DNA of 64,000 nt, taken from Dimorphilus gyrociliatus (lineage: Eukaryota; Animalia; Annelida). Both the position numbers and the translations under genes were made by a program. Positions 40,348 through 53,237 of the stretch are shown in pieces. Location of the stretch: contig CAJFCJ010000002.1 of the NCBI GenBank assembly GCA_904063045.1, forward strand, positions 2,351,891-2,415,890, in the 5' to 3' direction. Positions within the stretch are counted from its first letter, which is position 1. Each line of letters begins with the position of its first letter. The notes beneath the pieces are model-generated. The model ran no database searches. It worked only from the letters and a program-made list of their open reading frames with translations, and had not been told where the DNA came from.

Positions 40348-40563
40348 AAATGTCGTAGTGATATTATATTAACTCTCAAATTAGTTTGATTTTATTTGAA
40401 GCTATTTTCAAAAACAAAATAAGAAAATAAAATACTGAAAAAGAAATGACTTGACTTTTAATAATAAATATTATTTAGGACGGACGGATTTCTTCAAAAA
40501 GTAGACAATGTTCACAAATAAATTTTTCAGTCTTTTTCATGTTTCAACATTGAATACGTTCAC

Positions 40564-43500
40564 TTAAAAATCAGAATTATCCATATCGAATTCGAAATTA
40601 ACATTTTTGAATTTATCTTCACTAGATTCGGTTGTATTCATTGATGTACTTGAATTTTCTTTTTGCTCTTCATCAGTTGTTGTAGATTTACGTTCTGGAC
40701 TTTCGCTTTCACTTTCTTTGATTCCATCTGATTCAATTTTCACATCCGATTCACTTTTACTCGCTTCAGAGACAACAAAATCCTCTGATATTGTTTTATC
40801 TTCAACCTCTTTCTTCTGATTTGTTTCATCCTGTTCGCTATGAATTTTTTGTATAGAAATTCCGCCTTTAGAACTTCCATTACTTTGTACAATAACTCTA
40901 CTTTGAGTTGTCGCTTCTTGGGATTTTTCCATTAGGAATCCTTCACTAGATACAGTTCTTAACTGTTCTAAACTGTTACTTTTACTATTTTCAATAGGGT
41001 CCACTTTATCCAATTTTTCCTGGATTAGCTTGGAAAAATCCATCTTATTATTATCATAATTTTGTTCAATTTCTTTTTGAATTTTGTCAATATAATCTCG
41101 CTTAGATTTTTTCCTTGATTTTTGTTTTCTATCTCTCTTTTCTGTCGATTTTGAGTTTCTTCGTCGTCTTTGACACTTTGAGCACTCCGATTCTTCTGTT
41201 TTTAAATCTAAGCCCATTTCTTCTTTGACCTCTCTTAAGGCTTCTTCGTAAGTTAAGCGTTTTTTGCGCTTTGAAGCGATATACTACATGGTGAAAAAGA
41301 ACTATTAAAATATCTTATCTAACAAAGTTATTAAAACAACATTTGTACCTTTTTTGTTTCAGCTAATGTAGTATAAGAGTAAGTAGCCTGGGTATTTTCT
41401 ACAGCATACCTATGACGGGTTTTTAATAAATCCGCCATGTTTGCGGCTAAGATTAACTGTTGTTTTACTAGTGAATTAATGAGAACTTCTGCAGGATTGT
41501 GATTAGTTAATGCTGAAAATAAGGGCGAATCTTACAAATATTTTTAATTTAGTATATTTAGGAATATATTATTTTTACCCTCCAACTTTTCTGGATTAAT
41601 GTGATAAGTTCCAGTAGGTAAACGACTTTTCCCAGTCAGGAAACTATAATCAGATGGACCATTATTCCAATGATATAATAGACCGGGAATTTCTCCAGTT
41701 TGAATTTTAACCGATTTCGTTTTAAGACTTTTACTTGGTCGCTTTGCTAGCCGGGGTGAAGGACTTCGACTATTTGGGAAATTTTAAAGTATTTTATTAG
41801 CTAGTATTGTAATATTTTTCCTATATGTCTGTAAGACATGTTTCGAAAATACAATACTAAAATACAAACACCTAAGTAAAATGATAACAATGTTATTTAT
41901 ACACTAAAAGTTATTGTTTAAATAGGATCTGCTGATAAATTGTGAAAGCGTTGAAGATAAGCAGACTGTTAACTTTTAAGATATAACATATTTAAGAGAA
42001 TTAAATGAAAACCAACCTGGAAGATCTATCTGTTATGAAAGATGAGTAGCTTAATGTACTGGAAGCGTGAGAGGAATAACTCTCGTACGACGAACTACGA
42101 GATAGTCTTCGTCTACTTCTAAGAGTTGAGTCTTCGTCAGAGCTATAATCTTCAGTGTTAGTGAAATCGTCTGAATAGGACCTTGAGCGAGTGTAACTCC
42201 TACTTCTAGACCTATCAGAGGCGGAGGAATTTCTCCGTCTCCTTGAAAATGTTTCGTCGCTAAAATCATCCGAATATCCGCCAAGGGAGTCGCGTTTACT
42301 CCTAGATCTCGTTTCAGTTTGAATTGAAGTTATATTCTCCTCCTCCGATTCGGTATGAATCGATGTAACAGATTTATCAAAGTCTTCTGTGTAGATTTCT
42401 TCAGTAACAGAATCAGGCCGAGCAGTGAGTACTATTTCTGGACTTGGAGATCGTGACCTATGACTAATGTCCGTAAAAGATAATCTTTGATTTCTTTTTG
42501 ATCGAGGAGTCCTAGGTGTTGTCAAAATTCCTTTAAGGGGTGGAGAGAATCCAATATCTTCATCAATCTCATCAGTATCATCTATAGTTTGAATATTTAA
42601 TTTTTCAAAAACATCCCTTTCTGGTTTATTTTGCCTCTTCTTTTCCGATTTTTTTGTCTTTTCAATTCGATTACCTGGCCAATCTTGTTCCGGTTCCTCG
42701 TAGTCCAATTCAGCTAGGTCAACAATTTTACCTAGATTGAATTGCAGTAAAATTTCAGTTGTCTTTTAAATATACAATAACAATAGTAAATAAATTGTGA
42801 ATACCGTGATGAAAATATTTTTATAGTGAAGTGCATCGTAAGTTTAAATTGAATATTAATTGGTTAAAAATTAATAGTTTTATATAAATAAAATATATTT
42901 GGGATTGGGGGTAGTTTAAAATAAAAATATAGAAAAATAGTAGTGAAGAGTGATGTTTTGCTTTTTTTTATTTTTTTCACCGTCATTTTTTAGATCGTAA
43001 TCATCTTCTATTATTTCTGAAAACTGCTCATTCGAGAATGAATCTGTGTTAACGTCGATTGCATCAAATATTCAATTAACAGATGTTTAATTTTTTTCAT
43101 TTAGCATAATATTTAAATAACATTCGCAGAAAATAAAATTCTCTAATGTTTTTGTAAAAATTTAAATTTATATTTTTATGTAAATATATAAAAAACAAAT
43201 ATTTCAACTGACCTCTAAAGCTATCATTACTATCAATAGATTCCGCTTCATCATAATCTTCTCTTATTGAATCTATTGCCTGAGAAGAGCTGGCGCTCTG
43301 TATAAAGAAAATAGCTGTTTCATTCAGGACGAAAGGGAATTCTATCTTAAGTTACCTTAAGACTTTTAGGTCCTCTACTGGAAGATAATTCGTTTAGATA
43401 AGCGGCCATACTCTCCTCATCAGTATCTAACATTACGGCCGTTTGATGCTTCTTAGCACTCTCCAATTCAAATAGAGATCTCTTTTCTAAGTGATAAAAA

Positions 43501-44469
43501 TTACAGAGAGAAACTATAAATAAAATAATATTACTTTTTGGTTCTGGTTTTGCAGTAGGAATTTCCGTTTTAATAAATTTCTTTTGGGTAGTTTTTGGCG
43601 ATTCAATAACCGCTGGCTTTTTCTTTAGAAATTTAGCACCTTTTCCAAAATCACTTGAACTGGAACTTATGTCATCCTTAAAACCTGAAGGTGAGTCTAC
43701 GAAAAACGAATGCTGTGAAGGTTGTGTTAAATTTTCCTTTATTTTTTGTTTGCTAGCTTTCAGTTCCTTTAATAGACAAACACAATTAACTATTGGACAA
43801 TAATTATAAATAGATTTAAATTATTTGTTTAACCTTCATATCCCTTAGTACTTCCGAGTCTTCACTTATGTCTATATCTGAGTCAGTGTCACTTATTTTT
43901 TGTTTTCTTTGACTTTGATCTCCTGTAGAAACTTTAGATTTTCCATATTTTTGAGAAAATTTTTGCAAGGTGGAAAGTGCTGAATATGATTCTAAAAAAT
44001 TTTCCATCCGGTTTACATTAGTAGTATTCAAAAAATTATTCAATACCAACTTAAATTTCCTGCTATTGGTTTCTTTGCATTCTGACCAGATGATAAGGAA
44101 GTATTTTTATTGGTGTCAGATGCAGGTTTCTTTTTGAGGAACTTATTGGTCATTGGTTGCGGAATGTTAAACTTTTCACTTTCAGATATAGATATGTCGC
44201 TCAATCCACTTATTTCTGACTCTTGAGTAGTTTTTTTAGGTTCGTTCTTTAGAGATTTCAAATATGACTGAAAATATCGTTGTGAATGTTTAATCTAGTA
44301 TCCTTAATCTGTTTAGTTTTTCTTGAAAAATTCTTACATCTAATGCTGCATCGTCATCGTCATCGTCTAGCGCAGATGGTTTACGCAAATTATTACCCCT
44401 TGCACCTGATGATTTGAGCAAATTGTTAGCTCTTTCGAGCGCGCTATTTCCGCTCTTCTTTTTATACAT
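40564..44469 (-). CDS. C19orf44-like (DUF4614) low-complexity protein
   Basis: Exons encoding ALTNHNPAEVLINSLVKQQLILA..YSYTTLAETKK / YIASKRKKRLTYEEALREV match the C19orf44 C-terminal signature (ALTAYSP..LKQQL.L..YHTLEEAKEYI..LTMEDALEEV, from memory). The rest is Ser/Asp/Arg-rich. Confidence 0.72.
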
Positions 44470-44835
44470 TTTTTTTCATTTCTTGTTCATAGACGACATA
44501 ATGTAACATAAGGTTCTAGTTGAAACTCAGAACTGGAACAAGTTTGAACATGTATTTATTTTGAATGCTTTGGACAAATGTAAAAACTACACATTTCTCG
44601 GAAAAAATTAGATTACTTCGAGTTATGTATGGATTAATTTTTTGTGTGCTTGAGAACTTAAAATACAATTGATCGATAATAGAATAGGTATAACTTTGCA
44701 TTCGAAAAAATGTAAAATAATAGCAAAACGGCTCTAATAGGTTTTAAAAATGTCTTTCGACATCCAAGTTGAGTGCGTCCATTTTGAAGTTCTAGCTCAT
44801 GTATAACATCAGTAATCGGATGATGAGAGCATTTG

Positions 44836-44934
44836 ATTGGATGCCACGTCGTGAACGATTTCCGTTATAGGCCTTCTAACCATGTGTTTGATGGTGATTG
44901 GTCAATTTTATCCGACCAATCAGCGCTATCCATC
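44836..44934 (+). promoter_or_regulatory. ER-stress-element-like cluster in the calreticulin / C19orf44-like bidirectional promoter
   Basis: ATTGG-atg-CCACG (44836-44848, ERSE-II/UPRE-like), ATTGG at 44897-44901, and CCAAT-N9-CCATC (44916-44934, near match to ERSE CCAAT-N9-CCACG). Confidence 0.55.
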
Positions 44935-45010
44935 TGTAAAGTCTAATCGTGTAAAAGTAGCAATTTAGCGGTATACTCGTCCATTTTCTATCTGAAAACA
45001 ACGAAAAACG

Positions 45011-46669
45011 ATGAAAACCTTTATCGTTTTGTCGGTGCTTGTTTGTCTAGCGTTAGCCGATCCTACTGTATACTTTAAAGAAGAGTTTGGAGGTTAGTTT
45101 ATTCTAATTTTGCTATAAAAGAGAGAATTTACAAAGCCGGTTTCAGAGGGTTGGAGCGACAGATGGGTCAATTCTAAACATCGTTCAGATCAAGGAAAAT
45201 TCGAATTAAGTGCCGGAAAATTCTATGGTGATGCTGAAAAAGATAAGGGTATAAGAACCTCTGAAGACGCTCGCTTTTACGGAATCTCCGCCAGTTTTGA
45301 TAAGTTCTCGAACGAGGGAAAGACCTTGGTCATCCAATTCTCTGTTAAACACGAGCAAAATATCGACTGCGGTGGTGGCTACGTTAAGGTAAAGAATTTT
45401 TATATCTTATCTTGAGTCACTTCCCTTTAGGCAAGGAGCACATGTTGCACCTAAATGCGCACAAGATTATATGATGGCACCTCGTGTGTGCTGGTGCTAG
45501 CACATAGATCGATAAAGACTAAATGTATCGCAAATATATCTTTTAAGAATATTTCTATGTCTAACAGGTTTTCCCCAGTGACTTGAAACAAGAAGATATG
45601 CATGGAGAAACACCATACGCCATTATGTTCGGCCCAGATATATGTGGACCTGGAACCAAGAAAGTGCATGTTATCTTCAATTATAAAGGCAAGAATTTGC
45701 TTACCAAGAAAGACATCCGCTGCAAGGATGATGTCTTCACCCACGTTTACACCTTGATTGTTAAGCCCGATAATACATACGAAGTTAAAATCGACAACGA
45801 AAAAGTTGAAAGTGGTGAATTGGAAGCTGATTGGGACTTTTTGCCACCAAAGAAAATCAAGGATCCTAACGCCAAGAAACCAGAAGATTGGGATGATAGA
45901 GAGAAAATTGATGATACTGATGATAAGAAACCTGAAGACTGGGATAAGCCTGAGCACATTCCTGATCCAGATGCCAAAAAGCCCGATGACTGGGATGATG
46001 AAATGGACGGTGAATGGGAGCCCCCACAAATCGACAACCCAGAATACAAAGGTGAATGGAAACCCAAGCAAATCGACAACCCCAACTACAAGGGACAATG
46101 GATCCACCCTGAAATCGACAACCCAGACTACACCGCTGATGACAAATTGTACAAATACGATGACATTGGTGCTATTGGTTTCGATTTGTGGCAAGTAAAG
46201 AGCGGAACAATCTTTGATAACGTCTTGATCACTGACGATGTAGCCCATGCAGAAGAATTTGCCAAGGAGACTTGGGGAGCATCCAAGGATGGTGAAAAGA
46301 AAATGAAAGATGCTCAAGATGAGGAAGAAAGAAAGAAACAAGAAGAAGAAGACAAGAAGAGAAAGGAAGAAGAAGACGGTAATTTTTTTTTTACTTGTAG
46401 CAATATGACATATATCGCTATCGATAACTTATGGTAATCTACCCATGGTATGATGATTCGCGCGTGTATTCAATGGTGTCCAGGCCTCTGAAACATCTGA
46501 TGAAAATGTGCATAACTGATCATTTTTAAGAAATTAGGGCTTCTTTGTAAACTTTTAAACACTACTAAATATTCATTTTATATTTACAGCTAAGAAGGAA
46601 GATGAAGATGAAGACGACGGTGATGACAAGGAAGAGTCACCGAAATCCGAGGATCACGATGAATTGTAA
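45011..46669 (+). CDS. CALR: Calreticulin
   Basis: Signal peptide, FVIQFSVKHEQNIDCGGGY-like segment (LVIQFSVKHEQNIDCGGGYVK), YAIMFGPDICG, P-domain KPEDWD repeats, GFDLWQVKSGTIFDN, acidic tail ending HDEL*. Confidence 0.99.
45410..45507 (+). ncRNA. Candidate H/ACA snoRNA in calreticulin intron 2; predicted 28S target GUAGG-U-AAGGGAAGU
   Basis: Stem TCTTG/CAAGA; pocket halves ACTTCCCT (45419-26) and CCTAAAT (45450-56); H box AGATTA exactly 14 nt from the pocket apex; ACA at 45502-04. The second hairpin is short and atypical. Confidence 0.55.
46447..46523 (+). ncRNA. C/D box snoRNA in the last calreticulin intron; SNORD66-like guide for 18S Cm1272 equivalent
   Basis: C box ATGATGA 46450-56, D' CTGA 46488-91, C' TGATGA 46498-503, D CTGA 46516-19. 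The 12-nt guide GTGTCCAGGCCT is antisense to 18S AGGCC(C/U)GGACAC. Confidence 0.85.
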
Positions 46670-46961
46670 ATTAGCGGAATTTTCGTAGGTTTATACTGAC
46701 TTTTTCAAAAATATTTACATCGATGGGTTTCCTTTCATCTCTCATAAACGTTTGTTGGTTTTTGCATCGATTCATATCCTACATCCGAAGTTTCATCCTT
46801 TGAAAGAAATTCCGTCATGGTTAAATGTTTCAGTTTAATGTTGAATGTAAGAGAATAGTATTTTTTTGAATATTCATATTTCATATTTATTGTAATTCTC
46901 AACAAAATGTAATAAAACCAAATTATTAAAATAATTGAGCATCAAATATATACGATATTTA

Positions 46962-49262
46962 TCACAAGTTGATTTCATAACGAATAACTGGTTTGCCCGT
47001 TCCAAACATAAGAAATACGGCACAACCTAAATAACACATGAAAGCAGTTAAAGTAAAGACAATTGCCCAGCTTGACCAAACATCGAGCAAATATCCAGTA
47101 ACATATACTCCCAAGAATCCGGGTATAGAACCAGCCGTGTTCATTAAACCAAAGACAGATCCTGCAAACTGTGGTGCTATATCTTGAGGATTGACAAGTA
47201 TCCCTCCTCCGTGAAACCCGCAAAATAGTAAAGCAGCAGCCATGCAAAACAAAGCAGATGTAAAGGTGGTTGTAAAGTTAAGTATTAACAGACACGTTCC
47301 AACACCCACTAACGTTATGACCTGAAAATTCGTGTTTCGCTATTGTTATAAAAGTATAATAAGAAATAGTGAACCTACCGCCATTAACTTTCTTACAAAA
47401 GTAATGGAGAAGCCACTCCTGATCATTTCATCAGCGATGTAGCCGCTACAAATAGAGGCTGGAATATTTACTAGCCATGGAACAACGTTGAATATCCAAC
47501 CCTATAAGAAAGATATAAAAGAGATATATTCAAAGGGTAGACATTTCTATTGCAGTATAAGTTCAAACACAATAGGTTCTAAACATGAAAAGATAGAAGG
47601 TAGGTGATCTCATCGACCTGTATAGTAATCATATTACCTTCTCGTCAGGAAATTTATCCTGAAAATACGTTGGTAGCCACGATAAAATAATAAACCAAGC
47701 ATTATTATTCGTGAAATGAGAAATTATGATGGCCCTGAAAATTCTTTCCTTTTTAAGAAATCACTTAATTTCAATAAAAATAAACCTATAAAGAGAAAAT
47801 TTATCTACAGGATTAAGACAGCGAAAGCAAAGGAAAGAACTAAACCACACATAGTGAAACCAAGAGACATAAAGTATATCTTCACGTTCATTTTCCTTAA
47901 ATTATATGAAATCAACTAATCAAAGACGAACAATGAAAAAATATAGGAATATTAAATAAATCATATCCCTAATTAATTAATTCATAATTTAAGAAAGGAT
48001 GAACTGTGAGATATAGTGCAATATTTATTCACCTTGGCCTGAGGATAATTATCGTGAAAGTAGGTTGGAAGCCAGTTCAGTAGGAAGTAATAAGCACAAT
48101 TTTTACAAAATTGACCAATTATAATTGACCTGAAAAGACGGATTTAAAAAATTGTAATCTTTCTTTTTTTAATTTAGTCAAATTATTTCATTTATTGAAA
48201 GTATACTGAACTGGCTTTTCAAATTAATATTTTCAAGATGGATAACAATGGAATATTCAACTATTAAATAAATTATTCTCGATTTTACGCTCAATTTTTA
48301 AGATAAGCAGGATAACGTTTGAAAATTATATAAGGTGAAAAGGAAAGTGTCTAGCATTTTGAAAATATTGCTTTAAATGTTCAGTTAAAGCAGTTATTTT
48401 CTTTGATTGATAAGGAGTGACTTATACTTTACTAACCAAAATTCTTTTTTGGAAAAAAGGAGCTTCCAAGGAACTTTTAAAGGCTTTTTAACTTTTCCCG
48501 GGACCAAGTTTTCTTGCAAGCTTAGAATTTGAGTACTTCGCATTTTCTTATCCAGCATTATAAACTTATAGACGGCAGCCCATGTAAGAGCTGATATTCC
48601 TACAAAATAAAATACAGAAGTCCAACCATATCTACTTAAGAGTAAAGATCCAATACTTCCACAAAGAATAGTTCTGGAGATAGACAAGTTTCATAATCAA
48701 TCTGTTTTTATAAAACTTAGTATAAGATAACATACCCGAATTGAGCTCCAGATGCAGACGATGTAAAGGTAAAGGATTTTTCTTTTTCGCTAACACGTTG
48801 AGAGGTAATACTAGTTAATGCTGGGAAGTGAACGCCTTCTAAGCAACCGATTACAATTCTTGACACAATGATGCAAAAAAAAATAAGTGATGAAGAGCTA
48901 AACAAGTGTGCTATATTTGGCGTTATGAATGTTAATGCACTCCATCCAACTCCAGCTAAGAATATAACCTTTTCCCCATTTATCCTATCGCTGAGATATC
49001 CTCCAAGAACTTGAGTTAAAGTATATCCCCAAAAGAATGACGATAAAATAATTCCTGTTTGAGTTTTTGACCATCCAAACTCTTGACTTATAGCAGGTGC
49101 ACATAATGGCATTACCGTCCTACAAGCATAATTAAAAGCACAGCTAAACCATAAAGCTATAATCCAATATTTTTTCTCGGATCTTGGCCAATATTTCGTT
49201 TGATTATTGTCATCATCTTGCCTGATGGCTAATAGAGGTTTTTCATTGTCGGAGCTATCCAT
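46962..49262 (-). CDS. SLC17A9: SLC17A9-like MFS anion / vesicular nucleotide transporter
   Basis: LSSFFWGYTLTQVLGGYLSDR, SWLPTYF, GWIFNVVPWLV, VNPQDIAPQFAGSVFGLMNTAG. Confidence 0.9.
47638..47734 (-). other. SLC17A9 mutually exclusive exon B (97 nt; AIIISHFTNNNAWFIILSWLPTYFQDKFPDEK)
   Basis: ttttcag acceptor, gtaata donor, same length and phases as exon A and homologous to it. Confidence 0.85.
48033..48129 (-). other. SLC17A9 mutually exclusive exon A (97 nt; SIIIGQFCKNCAYYFLLNWLPTYFHDNYPQAK)
   Basis: ttttcag acceptor, gtgaat donor, phase 2 in and phase 0 out. Confidence 0.85.
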
Positions 49263-49912
49263 TTACGAATTTAAAGATTCAGTTGAAATTTTACTTCATA
49301 TGCCACGTAGCAAAATATCTTCATTCAATAGCTATAAAAAGTGCCTTTTGAACAATTTAGTAATTCATGGTTTTTAGGTATTATTTTACAATATAAAGTT
49401 AACAAATCTATGATTTGTTTTTTTATATATAATTTACTGAAAAGACAAACCGGAATATTAACTATTCCAGCGCCATCTATAAATATGACTTTAAATTTAG
49501 CGCCTTATCCATAAAATCAGGCTACAAAAAACATGATGAATAACCGTTCATACGCTATGATTGCTCTATACTATAGTAATACGTGCAATTATTCTATATT
49601 TCGAATTTAAGGTACAATACGAAATTATTTTGTGATATTGGAAATATTATTTGCCATTTTTTTTTTCAATGATAAAGTCGATTGGCGGAGAAAGACGAGT
49701 TGAATGTCAAGAATGTCAGAACTTTCTAGAATAATTCATTAAAATCGTAAGACTGTGTCAAAATTAAGAGTTAAACTAGCAATTAACTTTTAGGATTGAA
49801 CAAAACACAAATCATTTGATAGTCAATAGCCACTTAGGCACGATGTATTTCCGAGAGCGCGTACTAACTCACACGACATGTTATAAACGATGTAAAGATA
49901 AATCAAGCTAAT

Positions 49913-50603
<691 letters not shown>

Positions 50604-50627
50604 GGCTGTCTGTAGGCCGATCGTACC

Positions 50628-50638
50628 GGAAAAGGAAG
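50628..50638 (-). promoter_or_regulatory. TCT / 5'TOP pyrimidine tract at the probable RPS27 transcription start
   Basis: CTTCCTTTTCC about 25 nt upstream of the ATG, typical of ribosomal-protein genes. Confidence 0.7.
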
Positions 50639-50935
50639 TACTCTCGTTTTCGAGTTTGAATTCTCAGAATTCAAAATAGGAATAAATCTCGATTTAACAA
50701 TGGATATTTTTATTTCTATAATATATAAATCAATTATAAATTAAAAAACTAAAATGTTTTGAAATCGATAATGAGATCGGAATTTTTTAATTAGAAAATC
50801 TTTCGATTTAGAGTATCGAAAGTCATAAAACCCGTATTCGTTGCTTAACCAGACGAAAGATTTTTTTGCCCAGCAACAGTTCGAAACTATAAGCGATTTC
50901 ATTTTTTCGGAAATTAAAAAATTAGATGAAATACA

Positions 50936-53237
50936 ATGGCAATAAACAATATTATCTTGGAACTTAAATTTAAAATAGATAAAACAACTGAAGAAGGTAA
51001 GAATAGATGTTTCGATACCTTTTTCGAATTATTATGTATTTTCAGTATAAATGCTCTGAAAAGTTTATATAACGTTTAGTTTTTCACTTTTAACTAATGT
51101 AAAACAATTAATTCATTTAAAAGAAATTTATTCTTTGTGGGCGAAAGATTTCCATACACAGTTTCATATATAATATATGGTATTTTCATAGTTGACATTA
51201 GAAATTTTACTTCCGGCGTATTCTATTCTATAAATCTTTTATAACGTAAAAATATTTCTATTTGATTGATATTATTAATAGAAGATTTTAGTTGTTTTAT
51301 CAACTTTACACGTTAAGAATGTATACATTTCTTGTTCAGTTTCTTAAACGTTTCATTATTTTTCTATTTATTCAAAAGATGTTCAAAATGCTGCAAAAGA
51401 AATTGCACTTATATGTTTGGGTGAAAATTTTTCGACGCTAACTGATGTCCAAATAAGCCAGCACCCATTAGACCGATTGCTGTTGTTCATGTCCCAGCTG
51501 GGAAAGTAGGCCTAGAATAAACAATATTCCTTTTGTATATATTAAGTAAATTTTTATCATTTACTCTTAGCCATTTAACGGTAAGGTTTTACGATACTGG
51601 AATTGCAACTGTTGACATTCAATATTCTATAGAAAAAAAGCTGGATAAATTCATAGCAGTAAGTAAGTCAATGGTTGTCGTCAGAAGAACACAAATTAAA
51701 AATAGTTTCATTTTTTTTAAAGGAAGCAGGAACTAGGGATGGATCAATAGATTTCAATACACAGAAAATATCTGAGGAGGTTTATTTTTATATTTTATAT
51801 CAAAAATATTATCATTTAAAAACGAATTTTCAAAAAGTACATTCGGATCATTGAAGATAAAATCTTAAAAAGTTTGCACAACTTCTGCTTAAACTGCAAA
51901 GCGTATGTTTAAGATTGTATTGCTTGTATTCTGTTTGCTAAACATAGAATGCCTTTTACCCATTTATATAATTTTTTACATTTTATGAGTTGACGATTTA
52001 AGATTTTTTAATATCTTGCATCAGTAAAAGCAACGAGATCGGATAATTTGTGCTTATTTGTAGGTTATATACTCCTATAAAGCGTGGAAGTGAAGTATGG
52101 AACTATGCAATTTCTTCGGATGATAGATTATTTGAAAACGATTTCGTTTCACTGGTTTATGAGAAAATATCGAAATATCAAAGGATAAGCATATTCAATT
52201 CCCCACAACACGGCAATGTCCTCTATTTAGATGGTGACGTCAGTAAGTTGCTGTTTAAATTGATATACAGTATTTCACTTATTCTTTCAAATCACTCAAT
52301 GAAATAATACGACTACAAAATTGTTAGCTTCAATATTTTTAATGATAATTATTCTTATATGAAATTAAATCTTATCTTATTTATACCCTTATCGGCGAAT
52401 TCTAATCCATATACTCTTTCAATTAAGTGATATCCGAGAAGAATGATACTTACACACCAGCTTTAGCAAGGTTATATGATCAAGATTATCAGGGGAAAAA
52501 AGTATTGATTTTAGGCGGGGGAGACGGAGCTCTTCTTTATAGTCTTGTGAAGAAAAACGCTTCTTTCGTAACTTTAGTTGAAATTGATAAAGAAGTTATA
52601 GACGCAAGTAGATGTTATTTGAAAAAACTTTGCAATTGGAACGAATTAGAAAAGTATACTAATTACGAAGTAATCATCCTTTATTTTATATCAGAATAGT
52701 TTAATTTCTTTATTTTCACATATTCGATGGATCTTAAAGTACCCTTTTACTTTCTTCAGATAATAATAGACGATTGTTTGGTTGTATTGAAAGATAGTTT
52801 TAGAAAATCTCTAACTTATGATATAGTCATAAATGATTTAACTGAATTTCCTGTTCAAATGGAAAAAAACGGTTTTAACTTATTTTTTTTAGTAGACTTG
52901 GAATAGTTATTAAATATTCGCCCTTTTTCTCCATAGGATTTACATATGACATGGAATTCTCAAAACAGGTTATGGAGTTGTCTGTAAGTGTTTTGAGTGA
53001 AAAAGGCGTCTACCTCAGTCGGGTTTGCATATCCTTTCTATTGATTTTTTGACTATTTATTTCATTTTTTTTTAATAAATATTCAATAAAAAATTTCAGG
53101 GTAACTGTGTAAATGCTAAAAATTATCATGAAATAATAATTCAAAATATATGTGGTCTTAACTGCAAGTTTAAATGTGAGGACACGTTTGTTCCCTGCTT
53201 CCATGAGTCTTATCGTTTTTATAAACTTTGGAAATGA
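50936..53237 (+). CDS. SMS: Spermine synthase
   Basis: In-phase exons: HLTVRFYDTGIATVDIQ, TPIKRG, YQRISIFNSPQHGNVLYLDGD, KKVLILGGGDG, VEIDKEVID, YDIVINDLT, GNCVN, FVPCFHESYRFYKLWK*. The AdoMetDC-like N-terminal domain is typical of SMS rather than SRM. Confidence 0.88.

Noticed and set aside
45860-46140. Regularly spaced repeats that could look like a CRISPR array
   Set aside because: They are the coding P-domain repeats of calreticulin in a eukaryotic gene.
53029-53106. ATATCCTTT suggesting a U12 AT-AC intron in spermine synthase
   Set aside because: No TCCTTAAC branch site, and the overlapping GT-AG intron restores the conserved GNCVN.
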